The translations under genes and the position numbers were made by a program. Shown here piece by piece: positions 46,700 through 57,548 of a stretch of 64,000 nt of DNA. Source of the DNA: an uncultured Chloroflexia bacterium (GTDB taxonomy: Bacteria > Chloroflexota > Limnocylindria > Limnocylindrales > CSP1-4); the NCBI GenBank assembly GCA_963746845.1, contig CAVVCZ010000007.1, forward strand, positions 1-64,000. The letters run 5' to 3'. The notes under the pieces are model-generated. The model saw only the letters and a list, made by a program, of their open reading frames with translations. It made no database searches and was not told the origin of the DNA. Position 1 is the first letter of the stretch; each line of letters starts with the position of its first letter.

Positions 46700-47713
46700 T
46701 CAGGCCGGGCTCGGCGCCCCGACGGGGAGTCCGTGCTGGGTCGCGACGAGCCGTCCCTCGCGCTGGAGCCCGCGCAGGATCTCGACCGTCGCGGCGATCC
46801 CGTCGCGGAACGGCGTCACCGGCACCGGCCCGAGCGCCGCGACCGCGTCGTGGGCGATCTCCGACGGGAAGGGCAGGACCGCCTCGGCCCGGCTGATCGT
46901 GCCGGCGGACTCCGGCACGATCTCCTCGATGGCGGCGATCCACGACCCGATGTCGACCGAGCTCCCGCCGAGGTTGAACACGTGCGCGCCGTCCAGCCGG
47001 CTCCGGCTCGCCGCGAGCAGCGTGGCCGCCACGTCCTCGGCGTACTGGAACAGCGTCGTCCCGGTGAAGCTGATCCGGTACGGCCGGCCGAGCACCGCAG
47101 CGGCGATCGCGGTCGTCGGCGTGCTCGTCAGCCCCTGGTCGCGCCCGACCCCATACACGGTCATCGGCCGGAGCCCGATCGATGCGATCCCATCGTCGAG
47201 AGCGTAGACCCGCGCCGTCCCCTCGTTCGCCCGCTTGTACACGCCGTAGTGGGTGGTCGGGTGGCCGTCCGCGGTCTCCTCGAGCCGGTGCGTGGTCGGA
47301 TCCTCGTCGGCCGCCTCGAACATCCCGATCGAGCTGGTGTAGACGACCGGCGCCGACCGGAGGCCCAGGCGCTTGACCGCCTCGAACAGGTGGACCGTGC
47401 CGACGACGTTGACCAACGCCCCGAGCGGTGGGTCGGCCCGGCAGAACGGGACCTGGAGCGCGGCGAGGTGGATGACGTTCGTGATCCGCCGCTCGTCGAG
47501 CGTCCGCTCGAGGGCCGACAGGTCGGTGATGTCGCCGACGACGAACTCGACCGACGCGAGCTCGTCCGCGGTCATGACCTGAGCGAGTCGGCGCTGGTCG
47601 CGCCCGAGGTCGAAGGCGACGACCGGTGTCCCCTCGCGGGCGAGCGCCCGGACCGTCCACGCGCCGATGCAGCCGAGGGCGCCGGTGACGAGGAACCGCT
47701 CGCTCGAGGTCAT
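46700..47713 (-). CDS. Extended SDR / NAD-dependent epimerase-dehydratase (copy 1)
   Basis: VTGALGCIG, IHLAALQVP, YGVYK. Confidence 0.9.
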   Translation of the reverse strand: MTSSERFLVTGALGCIGAWTVRALAREGTPVVAFDLGRDQRRLAQVMTADELASVEFVVGDITDLSALERTLDERRITNVIHLAALQVPFCRADPPLGALVNVVGTVHLFEAVKRLGLRSAPVVYTSSIGMFEAADEDPTTHRLEETADGHPTTHYGVYKRANEGTARVYALDDGIASIGLRPMTVYGVGRDQGLTSTPTTAIAAAVLGRPYRISFTGTTLFQYAEDVAATLLAASRSRLDGAHVFNLGGSSVDIGSWIAAIEEIVPESAGTISRAEAVLPFPSEIAHDAVAALGPVPVTPFRDGIAATVEILRGLQREGRLVATQHGLPVGAPSPA

Positions 47714-48627
47714 GACGGCGCACCGCTCACGGCTGCGGGAGCGGCGGGGACGTCGGAGACCGCGCGACAGCGGTTCGTCAGCCGCCCGATCCCCTCGATC
47801 TCGACGACGACCGTCGAGCCGTCCCCAAGGAACCGCGGCGGGTCGCGGAACACGCCGACACCGCCCGGCGTTCCCGTGGCGATGACATCACCCGGCTCGA
47901 GGCTGAACGAGCGCGAGCAGTGGCTGATGATCTCGGCGACCCCGAAGAACATCATCGCCGTGGTCGAGGACTGGACGACCTCGCCATCGACGATGCACGA
48001 GATCGCGAGCCGGCCCGGGTCGCCGATCTCGTCGGCGGTCACGATCGCGGGCCCGATCGGGCAGAACGTGTCGAGCGACTTGCCGCGGACCCACTGGCCG
48101 TCCGGGAACTGGATGTCGCGGGCCGAGACGTCGTTCAGGCAGGTGTAGCCGAGGACGTGGTCCAGCGCTTCGTCGACGGACACGTTCCGGGCGGTCGTCC
48201 CGATGACGACGCCGAGCTCGGCCTCCCAGTCGACCTGCTGGGTCAGGGCCGGATCCCAGCGGATCTCGGCCCCGTCGCCGATCACCGCGCTCGGGAACTT
48301 CGCGAAGACGAGCGGAGCCGGCGGTGGGTCGGCCTGCTCCTCCGCGACGTGCTCGCGGTAGTTCCGGCCGATCGCCACGACCTTCCCCGGTCGGGGGACG
48401 GGGGCCAGCAGCTCGAGCCCGTCGACGGACCGTCCTTCGCGCTCGATCCGGCCGGACGCCGCGGCCGATCGAAGCGCGTCGAGCACGAGGTCGCCCCCCG
48501 CCAGGAGCGCGCCGATCGTCGCAGGGCCATCGGGGATCAGCTCCGCGGCCGGGAGCCAGCGCCCACCGGCGACGACGCCGAGCGTCTCTCCGGACCCGGT
48601 GCGACAGCTGATCAGGCGCACGGACAC
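47710..48627 (-). CDS. Fumarylacetoacetate hydrolase family protein (likely diketo-deoxy-fuconate hydrolase)
   Basis: IGRNYREH, DWEAEL, NDVSARD, GKSLDTF, ATGTPGGVG; fucose-locus context. Confidence 0.9.
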   Translation of the reverse strand: MSVRLISCRTGSGETLGVVAGGRWLPAAELIPDGPATIGALLAGGDLVLDALRSAAASGRIEREGRSVDGLELLAPVPRPGKVVAIGRNYREHVAEEQADPPPAPLVFAKFPSAVIGDGAEIRWDPALTQQVDWEAELGVVIGTTARNVSVDEALDHVLGYTCLNDVSARDIQFPDGQWVRGKSLDTFCPIGPAIVTADEIGDPGRLAISCIVDGEVVQSSTTAMMFFGVAEIISHCSRSFSLEPGDVIATGTPGGVGVFRDPPRFLGDGSTVVVEIEGIGRLTNRCRAVSDVPAAPAAVSGAPS

Positions 48628-48633
48628 TCCGAG

Positions 48634-48697
48634 TGTTCAGCATGTTGGTCGATGGACGGTGGACTGGACGATACGATACGCTTGGTGGCGGCGTCAA
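48634..48697 (-). promoter_or_regulatory. Sigma70-type promoter plus IclR-like operator
   Basis: Minus strand TTGACG-N18-TATCGT followed by the palindrome TGTTCAGCATGTTGGTC (48634-48650). Confidence 0.65.
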
Positions 48698-48726
48698 CCG
48701 GCCGCCCGCACAGGATGGAGGACGCG

Positions 48727-49756
48727 GTGCCGATCGATCCGACGGAGCGCCGGCCGCTCGGGCGCACCGGGCTGTCGGTCACCCGGCTGGGGTTCGGCGG
48801 GGCCCCGATCGGCGGGCTCTATCGCGAGGTCGCGGACGCGGACGCCGTCGCAACCGTCCGCCACGCGTGGGACCTCGGGATCCGCCTCTTCGACGTCGCG
48901 CCGCTGTACGGCTACGGCGCGTCGGAACGGCGGATCGGCATCGGTCTGGCCGGGCGGCCGCGGGACGACTTCGTCCTCTCGACCAAGGTCGGACGGCTCA
49001 TCGTCGATGCGGAGGCGATCCCGGCGGGGGCCGAGATCGACCGTCAGGTGGTCGACGGTCGAGAGGACGGTGCCTACGCCGGCACGGGCGGCCGCAAGGT
49101 CCTGTTCGACTACAGCGCCGACGGCGATCCGCCGGTCGATCGAGGCGAGCCTCGCGCGGCTCGGGGTGGACCGCATCGACATCGCCCTGATCCACGATCC
49201 GGACGACCACTGGGAGGCCGCGATCGGGGAGGCGTGGCCGGCGCTCGCCCGGCTCCGCGAGCAGGGCGTGATCCGCGCCGTCGGGGCCGGGATGAACCAG
49301 TCGGCGATGCTCGCCCGGTTCGCCCGCGAGGGCGACTTCGACGTCTTCCTGCTCGCCGGGCGGTACACGCTCCTGGACCACGAGGCGCTCGGCGAGCTCC
49401 TGCCGTTGTGCGTCGAGAAGGGCATCGGGGTGATGATCGGGGGCGTGATGAACTCCGGGATCCTCGCGGATCCGCGGCCCGGCGGTCGGTTCAACTACGG
49501 CATCGCTCCGGCGGCGGTGGTCGAACGAGCGCAGCGCCTTGCCGCCGTGTGCGCCAGGCACGGCGTGTCATTGAAGGCGGCCGCCGTCCAGTTCCCACTC
49601 GCCCATCCCGCAGTCGCGGCGGTGGTCGCGGGCGTTCGGTCCGTGGACCATCTCGACGAGTACCCGCGCCTGCTCGCCGAGCCGATCCCGGCCGATCTGT
49701 GGGCGGAGCTCCGCCAGGACGGTCTCATCCCGGCCGCCGCGCCGACGCCCGCATGA
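48727..49756 (+). CDS. Aldo/keto reductase (L-fucose/D-threo-aldose dehydrogenase-like), +1 frameshift near 49125
   Basis: LGFGGAPIG, FDVAPLYGYG, LSTKVGR, FDYSADG; continues in a second frame as RRSIEASL.RLG.DRID..LIHDPD, LLAGRYTLL. Confidence 0.85.
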
Positions 49757-50623
49757 CGGCAACCGGACGCATCCGCGTCGACGCCCATCAGCACTTCTGG
49801 CCGGAGCCGTCCCTGGCGGACTACCCGTGGATGACCGACGAGCTGGCCGCGATCCGGCGGCCGTTCCAACCCGGCGACCTCGCGCCCGCTTCTCGCCGCG
49901 AACCGGATCGACCGGACGATGGTCGTCCAGGCCCGCCCGAGCGTCGACGAGACGGCGACACTCCTCGCGACGGCGGCCGCCACGCCGTTCATCGCCGGCG
50001 TCGTCGGCTGGGTCGACCTCACGGATCCGGGGGTCGGCGCGGCGATCGACCGGCTTCGAACACTGCCGGGCGGCGATCGCCTGGTCGGGATCCGCCACCA
50101 GGTCCAGGACGAGCCCGATCCGGACTGGCTGCGACGGCCGGACGTCCGCCGCGGGATCGCGGCGGTCGGCGCGGCCGGTCTCGCCTACGACCTGCTCGTC
50201 TGGACCCGGAGCCTGCCCGCCTCCGTCGACACGGTTCGCGCGCTGCCGGACGTCCGCTTCGTCCTCGACCACCTCGCGAAGCCCCAGATCCGCGAGGGGT
50301 CGCTCCGAGCCTGGGCGGCGGCCATGGCGCCACTCGGCGCCCTCCCGAACGTCTCGGCGAAGGTCTCCGGGCTCGTCACCGAGGCGGATCACGACGCGTG
50401 GACGGTCGACGACCTCGTCGAGCCGGTGCGCCACGCGCTCGACCTGTTCGGCCCGGATCGGCTGCTGTTCGGCTCCGACTGGCCGGTCTGCCTGGTGGCG
50501 GCGTCGTACGACCGGGTCGCCGACGCCGCGAGCGACGCTCAGGCCGGGCCGGGCTTCCGCCGGCCGAGCAGGACGGCGTCTTCGGGGCGAATGCGATCGC
50601 GCCTACGGTCTGGCGTCGGCTGA
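49753..50623 (+). CDS. Amidohydrolase_2 (L-fucono-lactonase-like), with frameshifts near 49885, 50540 and 50600
   Basis: DAHQHFW..YPWM; VVQA, GVVGWVDL, GIRHQVQ.EPD, VLDHLAKP, KVSGL.TEA, FGSDWPV. Confidence 0.82.
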
Positions 50624-50633
50624 CGCGCCGAGA

Positions 50634-51475
50634 TCAGCCCGCCGGCGCCCGCCGTGTCGAGCCGGTGGAGCGGATCGACCAGCTCGTCGGCGAGCCGGTG
50701 GAGGTCCGCGACCAGCAGCGGCACCCGCTCGTCGGTCGCCCGGACCTTGAGGAGGGTGATGCTCGCGGCATTCGGCCCCTCCCCCGGCTGACGACCCGGG
50801 ATCGCGACACCGAAGCAGACGACGCCCTCCATCGTCTCCTCGTCGTCGATCGAGTACCCGCGGTCGCGGACCCGCTCGAGGTCGGCAAGCAGCGCGTCCA
50901 CGGTCCGGATCGCGTTCGCGGTGCCGCCCGGCAGCTCGGTCACGCCGGCGAGCCGCCGGTCGAGGTCCCGCGGGATCCAGCCAGGCAAGCGCCGCCTTGC
51001 CGGTGGCGGTGCTGGTCGCCGGCAGCCGCCGCCCGATCTGCGAGGTGAGGCGGACCGGCTGACGGCCGTCGTGACGGGCGAGGTACGTCATCTCGAGCCC
51101 GTCGAGGACCGCGAGCTGGACCGTCTCCTCGGAGCCGACCGGCAGCCGCCGCGCCGCGTCGTAGAACTCCTGGACCATGTCGACCGCGACGAGGTAGGCG
51201 CCGCCGAGCTCCGCCAGCCGCCGGCCGAGCGCGAAGCCCGTCCCGACGCGGCGGACCAGCCCGGCGTCGGCCAGCGCCCCGCAGATGTTCGCGATCGACG
51301 ACTTCGGCAGCCCGAGCCGGCGGGCCAGCTCGCTCGGTCCGAGGGCGACGGCCGCGTCCTCCGCGAGCACGTCGAGGATCGACGCGGCACGCGTGACCGC
51401 CGGTGCCAGCGACTCGCCCGAGCCGCCGTCGCGCTCGTCACCGATCGTGGTCGACTGTTGAACCCCGCTGGCCAT
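50634..51475 (-). CDS. IclR family transcriptional regulator, frameshift near 50970
   Basis: [34 protein letters not shown]; second frame [18 protein letters not shown]. Confidence 0.85.
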
Positions 51476-51544
51476 CTCCGGGCGCTCGTCCTTCCTTCCC
51501 GCCTTGCGCACACGAGCATCGCCCGCGGGCTGGCGTTCGATATC

Positions 51545-51607
51545 TTGACCGCGGACGGCACTGCGTCTACTGTCCAGCCTACCGCCGTCTGTTCAGTATG
51601 TTGGACA
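51545..51607 (+). promoter_or_regulatory. Sigma70-type promoter plus IclR-like operator
   Basis: TTGACC-N17-TACTGT followed by TGTTCAGTATGTTGGACA (51590-51607). Confidence 0.7.
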
Positions 51608-51658
51608 AGGTTGTCCCTGTCAACGTCGGCGCATGAGGCCAGAGCAAGGGGTGAACGG

Positions 51659-52999
51659 ATGACGCGGATCGTCGCGCTCGAGGTCCTCGACGTCCGCTTC
51701 CCGACCTCGCGCTCGCTCGATGGGTCGGACGCGATGAACCCGGATCCGGACTACTCCGCGGCGTACGTCGTCATGCGAACGGATGCCGCCGACGGCCTCG
51801 AAGGCCACGGGCTGACGTTCACGATCGGGCGTGGGACCGAGGTCGTCGTCGCGGCCGTTCATGCGCTCGAACCGCTCGTCGTCGGACGGTCCGTCGAGGA
51901 CCTCGAGGCGGACCTGGGGGGGTTCTGGCGCGACCTCGTCGGCGACAGCCAGCTGCGCTGGATCGGGCCCGAGAAGGGCGTGATCCACCTGGCGACGGCG
52001 GCAGTTGTCAACGCGGTCTGGGACCTCATCGCGAAGCGCGCCGGCAAGCCACTCTGGAAGCTACTCGTCGACCTGTCACCCGAGGCGCTGATCGACCTTG
52101 TCGACTTCCGGTACCTGACCGATGCGCTGACGTGGGACGAGGCGATGGCGATGATCGCGCCGCTCGCCTCGACCAGGGGCGTGCGTGAAGCGGAGTTGCG
52201 CGCCTCTGGGTATCCGGCGTACACGACCTCCGTCGGCTGGCTGGGCTACGACGACGACAAGATCCGGCGGCTGTGCCGCGAGGCGCTGGCCGAGGGCTGG
52301 ACGCGGTTCAAGATGAAGGTCGGCGCCGATGTCGACGACGACATCCGGCGGGCCGCGTTGATCCGGGCGGAGATCGGGCCGGACCGGATCCTCGCGGTCG
52401 ACGCGAACCAGCGCTGGGATGTCCCCGTTGCGATCTCGTGGATGCGCGCGCTCGCGCCGTTCGACCCGTACTGGATCGAGGAGCCGACGAGCCCGGACGA
52501 CATCCTCGGGCATGCGGCGATTGCCCGGGCCGTCGCGCCGATCCGCGTCGCGACCGGCGAGCACGTCCACAACCGGGTGATGTTCAAGCAGCTCTTCCAG
52601 GCCGAGGCCATCTCCATCTGCCAGATCGACGCCTGCCGGCTGGGCGGGGTCAACGAGGTGATCGCGGTCCTGCTGCTCGCTGCGAAGTTCGGCGTACCGG
52701 TCTGCCCGCACGCCGGAGGGGTCGGGTTGTGCGAGCTCGTCCAGCATCTGTCCGCGGTCGACTACATCGCGATCAGCGGCCGGATCGACGGCCGGATGAT
52801 CGAATACGTCGACCATCTCCATGAGCACTTTCTCGACCCGGTCGTCATCGAGGCGGGCTCGTACCGGCTCCCGACGCTGCCCGGTTACAGCGCCGAGATG
52901 CGGCAGGAGTCGCTGACCCGCTATCGCTTCCCCGATGGCGCGGAGTGGGATGGCGGCGCGGATCTCCGGGCCCGTCTCGAGGCCGAGGCACAGGCGTAG
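51659..52999 (+). CDS. fucD: L-fuconate dehydratase (enolase superfamily)
   Basis: [65 protein letters not shown]. Confidence 0.93.
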   Translation: MTRIVALEVLDVRFPTSRSLDGSDAMNPDPDYSAAYVVMRTDAADGLEGHGLTFTIGRGTEVVVAAVHALEPLVVGRSVEDLEADLGGFWRDLVGDSQLRWIGPEKGVIHLATAAVVNAVWDLIAKRAGKPLWKLLVDLSPEALIDLVDFRYLTDALTWDEAMAMIAPLASTRGVREAELRASGYPAYTTSVGWLGYDDDKIRRLCREALAEGWTRFKMKVGADVDDDIRRAALIRAEIGPDRILAVDANQRWDVPVAISWMRALAPFDPYWIEEPTSPDDILGHAAIARAVAPIRVATGEHVHNRVMFKQLFQAEAISICQIDACRLGGVNEVIAVLLLAAKFGVPVCPHAGGVGLCELVQHLSAVDYIAISGRIDGRMIEYVDHLHEHFLDPVVIEAGSYRLPTLPGYSAEMRQESLTRYRFPDGAEWDGGADLRARLEAEAQA

Positions 53000-53001
53000 T
53001 C

Positions 53002-53331
53002 GTGGCGATTCGGCGATTCGGGCAGGTGATCCGGGTCCGGCCCGAGCGGATCGCCGAGTACGAGGCCCTCCACGCGGCGCCGTGGCCCGGCGTCCTCGCG
53101 GCGATCGAGCGCGCCAACATCCGGAACTACACGATCTTCCGCCACGGGACGACGCTCTTCGCCTACTACGAGTACGTCGGAGACGACCATGCCGCGGACA
53201 TGGCGTCGATCGCCGCCGACCCGGAAACGCAGCGCTGGTGGGCGCTCACCGACGCGATGCAGGGGCCGGACCCGAACCGGCCTCCGGGGACGTGGTGGCT
53301 GGACATCCCCGAGGTGTTCCACGCCGACTGA
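53002..53331 (+). CDS. L-rhamnose/L-fucose mutarotase family protein
   Basis: EY..LH...WP.V...I...NI.NY.IF, LFAYYEY, TQRWW, EVFH.D. Confidence 0.88.
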   Translation: MAIRRFGQVIRVRPERIAEYEALHAAPWPGVLAAIERANIRNYTIFRHGTTLFAYYEYVGDDHAADMASIAADPETQRWWALTDAMQGPDPNRPPGTWWLDIPEVFHAD

Positions 53332-53373
53332 GCGCTCGGCCCGCTCGCCCAAGGAACCAGAGTTCGACAGGGA

Positions 53374-54339
53374 TCAGAGATGAACAAGCGACCCCGACGC
53401 GGCCGACGCGTAGAGCGCCTCGATCGCGCGCGCCTGGCCGAGCGCGTCGGCACGACCCAGCCGCGGCGGCGGTCCGCCCCGGATCGCCAGCGAGACCTCG
53501 TCGATCTCGCACTGGTACGGGTCGACGATCGGGACGTCGATCCGATCCATCCCGTCGCGGAGGAGCCACCCGTCCCCGTCGTGCCATGGGTGGGCGTTCG
53601 TCGCGATCGAGCCCTCGCTGCCGATCGCCTCGATCGACTGGTGGGAGCTCCCGAACCCGGCGGTGAACTCGGCGACGACGCCGGACGGGAACCGGAGCAG
53701 GCCGCTGAACCGGACGTCGACCTCCGTCGGGCCGATCTTCTGGACCGCCAGCACCTCAGCGGGCTCCTCCCCCGCCAGCAACCGAGCCGCGCTCACGCAG
53801 TAGCAGCCGACGTCCATGAGGCAGCCGCCTTCGACCTCAGGCCGGAGCCGGATGTTCGTCGCGTCGTCCAGGACGAAGCTGAACGTCGAGCGGATCGTCC
53901 GCAGCGCTCCGATCCGGCCCGCCTCCTCTGCGAGCCGCTCCGTCTGGGGCGTGTACCGCCACATGAAGCCCTCGACGAGGACGAGACCGGCCCGCTCGGC
54001 TGCGTCGAATGCCTCGTCGACCTCGGCCGGCCGGCGCGTATACGGCTTCTCGCACAGGACGTGCTTGCCGACCGCGAGGGCGGCCATCGTCCACGGGTGG
54101 TGGAGGCTGTTTGGCAGGGACACGTAGACGGCCTCGACACGGGGGTCCGCGAGGAGCGCCTCGTACGACCCGTGCGAGCGCTCGATCCCGTTGGCAGCCG
54201 CGTACGACGCCGCGCGATCGGCGTCGCGGCTGGCGACCGCGACCACATTCCCGTGCTCGGCCAGCGACGCGCCGCCAAGGAACCGCCGGTTGATCCCACC
54301 GGTGCCGAGGATCCCCCAGGCCACGGACCGTTCCGTCAT
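53374..54339 (-). CDS. Gfo/Idh/MocA family oxidoreductase
   Basis: WGILGTGGI, YVSLPNSLH, GKHVLCEKP, GGCLMDVGCY. Confidence 0.9.
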   Translation of the reverse strand: MTERSVAWGILGTGGINRRFLGGASLAEHGNVVAVASRDADRAASYAAANGIERSHGSYEALLADPRVEAVYVSLPNSLHHPWTMAALAVGKHVLCEKPYTRRPAEVDEAFDAAERAGLVLVEGFMWRYTPQTERLAEEAGRIGALRTIRSTFSFVLDDATNIRLRPEVEGGCLMDVGCYCVSAARLLAGEEPAEVLAVQKIGPTEVDVRFSGLLRFPSGVVAEFTAGFGSSHQSIEAIGSEGSIATNAHPWHDGDGWLLRDGMDRIDVPIVDPYQCEIDEVSLAIRGGPPPRLGRADALGQARAIEALYASAASGSLVHL

Positions 54340-54404
54340 CGCCCCACCTCCCCGGCGATCATCGCATCCGCGGAGCCGCGACAACCAGGGCAGATCGTCG
54401 CCGA

Positions 54405-55316
54405 TTACACCAGCTTGATCCCGCTCGTCAGGACGTACACGGCATACACGGCACCGGTGGCACAGATGAACAGGCGATTGCGCGCAGGGCCGCCGAAGCA
54501 CACGTTGGCAACCACATTCGGAACGCGGATGATGCCGATCAAGGTCTTATCAGGCGAATAGCAGCGAACGCCGTCGCCCGCGCTGGTCCATACGTTGTCG
54601 GCCTCGTCCAGGCGAAATCCGTCGAAGAACCCCGCTGGGCATTCGGCGAAGACATGGCCACCCGACAGGCGCCCCGCATCGACGTCAAAGACCCGGATAT
54701 GGGCCGGGCCACCCTCGACGTGGGTTCGACCGGTGTCCGAGACATACAGTCGCCGCTCGTCAGCCGAGAGCGCAAGGCCGTTGGGTTGGACGAAGTCGTC
54801 CGCGGCTACGCGGACTGGGCCGCCGGACGGGTCGATGCGGTAGAGGCGCGACCGCCCGATCTCCGAGGTGGCGCGACGTCCCTCGTAGTCGCTGTCGATG
54901 CCGTAGGTCGGATCGGTAAACCAGATCGCGCCGTCTGACGCGACAACGACGTCGTTGGGACTGTTGAATCGCTTCCCCTCGAACCGATCGGCGAGGACGG
55001 TGATCGAACCGTCATGCTCGGTCCGCGTCACCGATCGGGTCAGTTGCTCGCAGGTGACGAGGCGGCCCTGGCGATCGAGAGTGTTGCCGTTCGCGTTCCG
55101 CGACGGGGACCGAAACTCGGAGACGTGCCCGGAGGATTCGTCCCAACGCAAGATCCGATCGTCCGGGATGTCACTCCAGAGGAGATAGCGGCCCGCTGGC
55201 ACATAGACGGGCCCTTCCGCCCAGCGGGACGTGTCGTCCAGGAGGTCGAGTCGCGCGGTCGTGTTCACAAGGCTCGCGAAGCGCCGATCGAGGATCTCGT
55301 ACGTCTCCCCGCTCAT
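54405..55316 (-). CDS. SMP-30/gluconolactonase family protein
   Basis: WAEGPVY, WSDIP, NGNT.D.QGRL.TCE, FNSPND, WFTDP.YG, PNGL. Confidence 0.92.
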   Translation of the reverse strand: MSGETYEILDRRFASLVNTTARLDLLDDTSRWAEGPVYVPAGRYLLWSDIPDDRILRWDESSGHVSEFRSPSRNANGNTLDRQGRLVTCEQLTRSVTRTEHDGSITVLADRFEGKRFNSPNDVVVASDGAIWFTDPTYGIDSDYEGRRATSEIGRSRLYRIDPSGGPVRVAADDFVQPNGLALSADERRLYVSDTGRTHVEGGPAHIRVFDVDAGRLSGGHVFAECPAGFFDGFRLDEADNVWTSAGDGVRCYSPDKTLIGIIRVPNVVANVCFGGPARNRLFICATGAVYAVYVLTSGIKLV

Positions 55317-55377
55317 GCATCTTCCTCCGGTGCGCGATCGCCGGTCGCGAACGCACTGGGGGTTGCGATGACCGTGA

Positions 55378-56682
55378 TCACGCTCCGGGCGCGAGGAACA
55401 GTTCCACGACCGGGACCGCAAGGTCTGGGCGTTGCACCGGCAGCTTGAGCGTCAGCGTGCCTGCCGGCTGTCCGCCAGGATGGATGGTGCCGGCCTGCGC
55501 GCCCGGCGGCAGCGAGATGACGCCGACCTCCGACCCATCGTTAAGTAGTTGGGCGTAGTCGACCTTGCCGGCCAAGCCGGGCAGATGAACATGCTGGAAC
55601 GGCCAAGCGAACAGGTGGAGGTACAGACGGTCGCCGCGCTGCGTGTAGCGGGCGTCGGCTGGGGCTGTGAACGTGGACGGACCAGCGCCGTAGATCGAGC
55701 GGCCGTGGAGTCGGGTCCACTCGCCAAGGCCGCGGAGCGATGCGATCGCCCGCGGATCGAATTCGCCGCGTGCGGTGGGACCGACGTTCAGCAGCATGTT
55801 CCCGTCCTTGGAGACTCCGTCCACCAGCATCCGAACCAACAGGTCGACCGGCTTGTAATCCAGGTTGTCGCGGTCGTAGCCCCAGCTGCCATTGAGGGTT
55901 TGACACGCCTCCCAGACGATGGGCTTGCCGTCAGCCGACATGGGCCCAGCCGGCTGGTACTGCTCAGGGGTGATGAAGTCGCCGGGGATGCCAAGGCGAT
56001 CGTTGACGATGATCCCGGGCTGTAGCCCCCGCACCATCGCCAAGAGCTCGGTCGACCCCCAGAAGGCCGGACCCTTTCCTGGCAGGACCGTCGATTCAGG
56101 GATCGTGCCGTCTTCGTAGGAAAAGTCAAAGAAGAGATAGTCGATCTTGCCGTATCGGGTGAGCAACTCCCTGACCTGGCCATGGAGGTACTCGCGATAC
56201 TGGGTCCCGTCCTTCCCAGCGTTCAGCGTGGCGACGTCGCTGCGCGATCGCAGCGGATGGAAGTCGTCGATCGCGAAGTCGGGATGGTGCCAATCGAGCA
56301 GGGAGTGATAGAAGCCGACCTTCAGGCCGGCCGCGCGCACCGCTTCGACGAACGGCCCGACCAGATCCCGACCGTACGGGGTAGCCGTCACCGAGTAGTC
56401 GGTCAACGCCGAATCCCAAAGGCAGAAGCCCTCGTGATGCTTCGTCGTCAGCACGACGTACCGCATCCCCGCGTCCGCGGCGGCCCTTGCCCACTCATTC
56501 GGATCGTAGAGGTCGGGGTCGAAGTGCTGGAGGTACCGTTCGTATGCCTCGGGTGCCGTCTCCTCTCTGCTCATCACCCACTCGTGCCGGGCTGGCAAGG
56601 CGTACAGGCCCCAATGGATGAACATCCCGAACCGGGCCTCGAAGAACCAGCCCAAGTCCGCGCCGTTTCTGCCGTGGGTCAT
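55378..56682 (-). CDS. Alpha-L-fucosidase (GH29), cytoplasmic
   Basis: RFGMFIHWG.Y, TTKHHEGF.LW, YHSLLDWHHP, FFDFS, IVNDR, GNMLLNVGP; no signal peptide. Confidence 0.93.
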   Translation of the reverse strand: MTHGRNGADLGWFFEARFGMFIHWGLYALPARHEWVMSREETAPEAYERYLQHFDPDLYDPNEWARAAADAGMRYVVLTTKHHEGFCLWDSALTDYSVTATPYGRDLVGPFVEAVRAAGLKVGFYHSLLDWHHPDFAIDDFHPLRSRSDVATLNAGKDGTQYREYLHGQVRELLTRYGKIDYLFFDFSYEDGTIPESTVLPGKGPAFWGSTELLAMVRGLQPGIIVNDRLGIPGDFITPEQYQPAGPMSADGKPIVWEACQTLNGSWGYDRDNLDYKPVDLLVRMLVDGVSKDGNMLLNVGPTARGEFDPRAIASLRGLGEWTRLHGRSIYGAGPSTFTAPADARYTQRGDRLYLHLFAWPFQHVHLPGLAGKVDYAQLLNDGSEVGVISLPPGAQAGTIHPGGQPAGTLTLKLPVQRPDLAVPVVELFLAPGA

Positions 56683-56687
56683 GGGTC

Positions 56688-57548
56688 TCAGCGCCCGCCG
56701 AACCCGGTCGTGAGGAGGCCGCGTACGAGATTCTTCTGCAGCAGGATGACCAGAATCACCGAGGGCACCATGGCCATGATGGACGCGGCCATCATCAGGT
56801 TCCACTGCGTGCCCTGCTTGCCGATGAACTGCGCCAGGCCGAGCGGCACCGTTCCCTTGGAGTCGACCGTGTCGATGATGATCAGGGGCCACAGGTAGCT
56901 ACCCCAGTAGGCGATAAAGGTGAACATCGCCAGCACCGCAAGCGCCGGGCGCGCGAGCGGCAACATGATGCGGAAGAAGGTCGTGAACTGACCTGCCCCG
57001 TCGACCCGCGCCGAGTCCACGATTTCGCCCGGCACCGTGAGAAAGAACTGGCGAAGGAGGAACGTCCCGAACGCCGTGAATGCCCATGGGAGGATCAGTG
57101 CCTGGTAGCTGTTCACCCAGCCCAGCGTCTGCATGAGCCAATACATCGGGACGATCAGCACCTCCTGCGGCACCATCAGCGTGCCGAGGAAGAGAACGAA
57201 CACCAGCTCGCGTCCTCGGAACCGCAGCCGGGCGAAGGCGTAGGCGGACAGGCTCGACGCGGCAACCACCACGGCCGTCCCGATGACCGCCACCAGAAGG
57301 CTGTTGAGGAAGTACTGGCCGAACGGGGCGAACTGGAATGCCTCGACGTAGTTGTCCCAGTCCACCTCCGTGCCCACGAGCGTCGGGGGGACGGTGAACA
57401 CCTCGTTGTCCGGCTTGAGGGAGGTCGCCACCGCGAAGACGAGTGGGGCGACGAACAGTAGCGCGACGACCACAAGAAGGGCGTGGGAGATGACGGGGCG
57501 CAGTCTGACCGGGCGACCGCGAGACAGCGTGCGGCCTTCAGCCGTCAT
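56688..57548 (-). CDS. Carbohydrate ABC permease (MalG-like)
   Basis: AYAFARL.F.GR, FLLRQFF, SARVDGA. Confidence 0.92.
   Translation of the reverse strand: MTAEGRTLSRGRPVRLRPVISHALLVVVALLFVAPLVFAVATSLKPDNEVFTVPPTLVGTEVDWDNYVEAFQFAPFGQYFLNSLLVAVIGTAVVVAASSLSAYAFARLRFRGRELVFVLFLGTLMVPQEVLIVPMYWLMQTLGWVNSYQALILPWAFTAFGTFLLRQFFLTVPGEIVDSARVDGAGQFTTFFRIMLPLARPALAVLAMFTFIAYWGSYLWPLIIIDTVDSKGTVPLGLAQFIGKQGTQWNLMMAASIMAMVPSVILVILLQKNLVRGLLTTGFGGR

Noticed and set aside
47920-51048. 1042-aa ORF as a multi-enzyme fusion
   Set aside because: An artefact of frameshifts threading through the AKR and lactonase N-termini plus antisense sequence.
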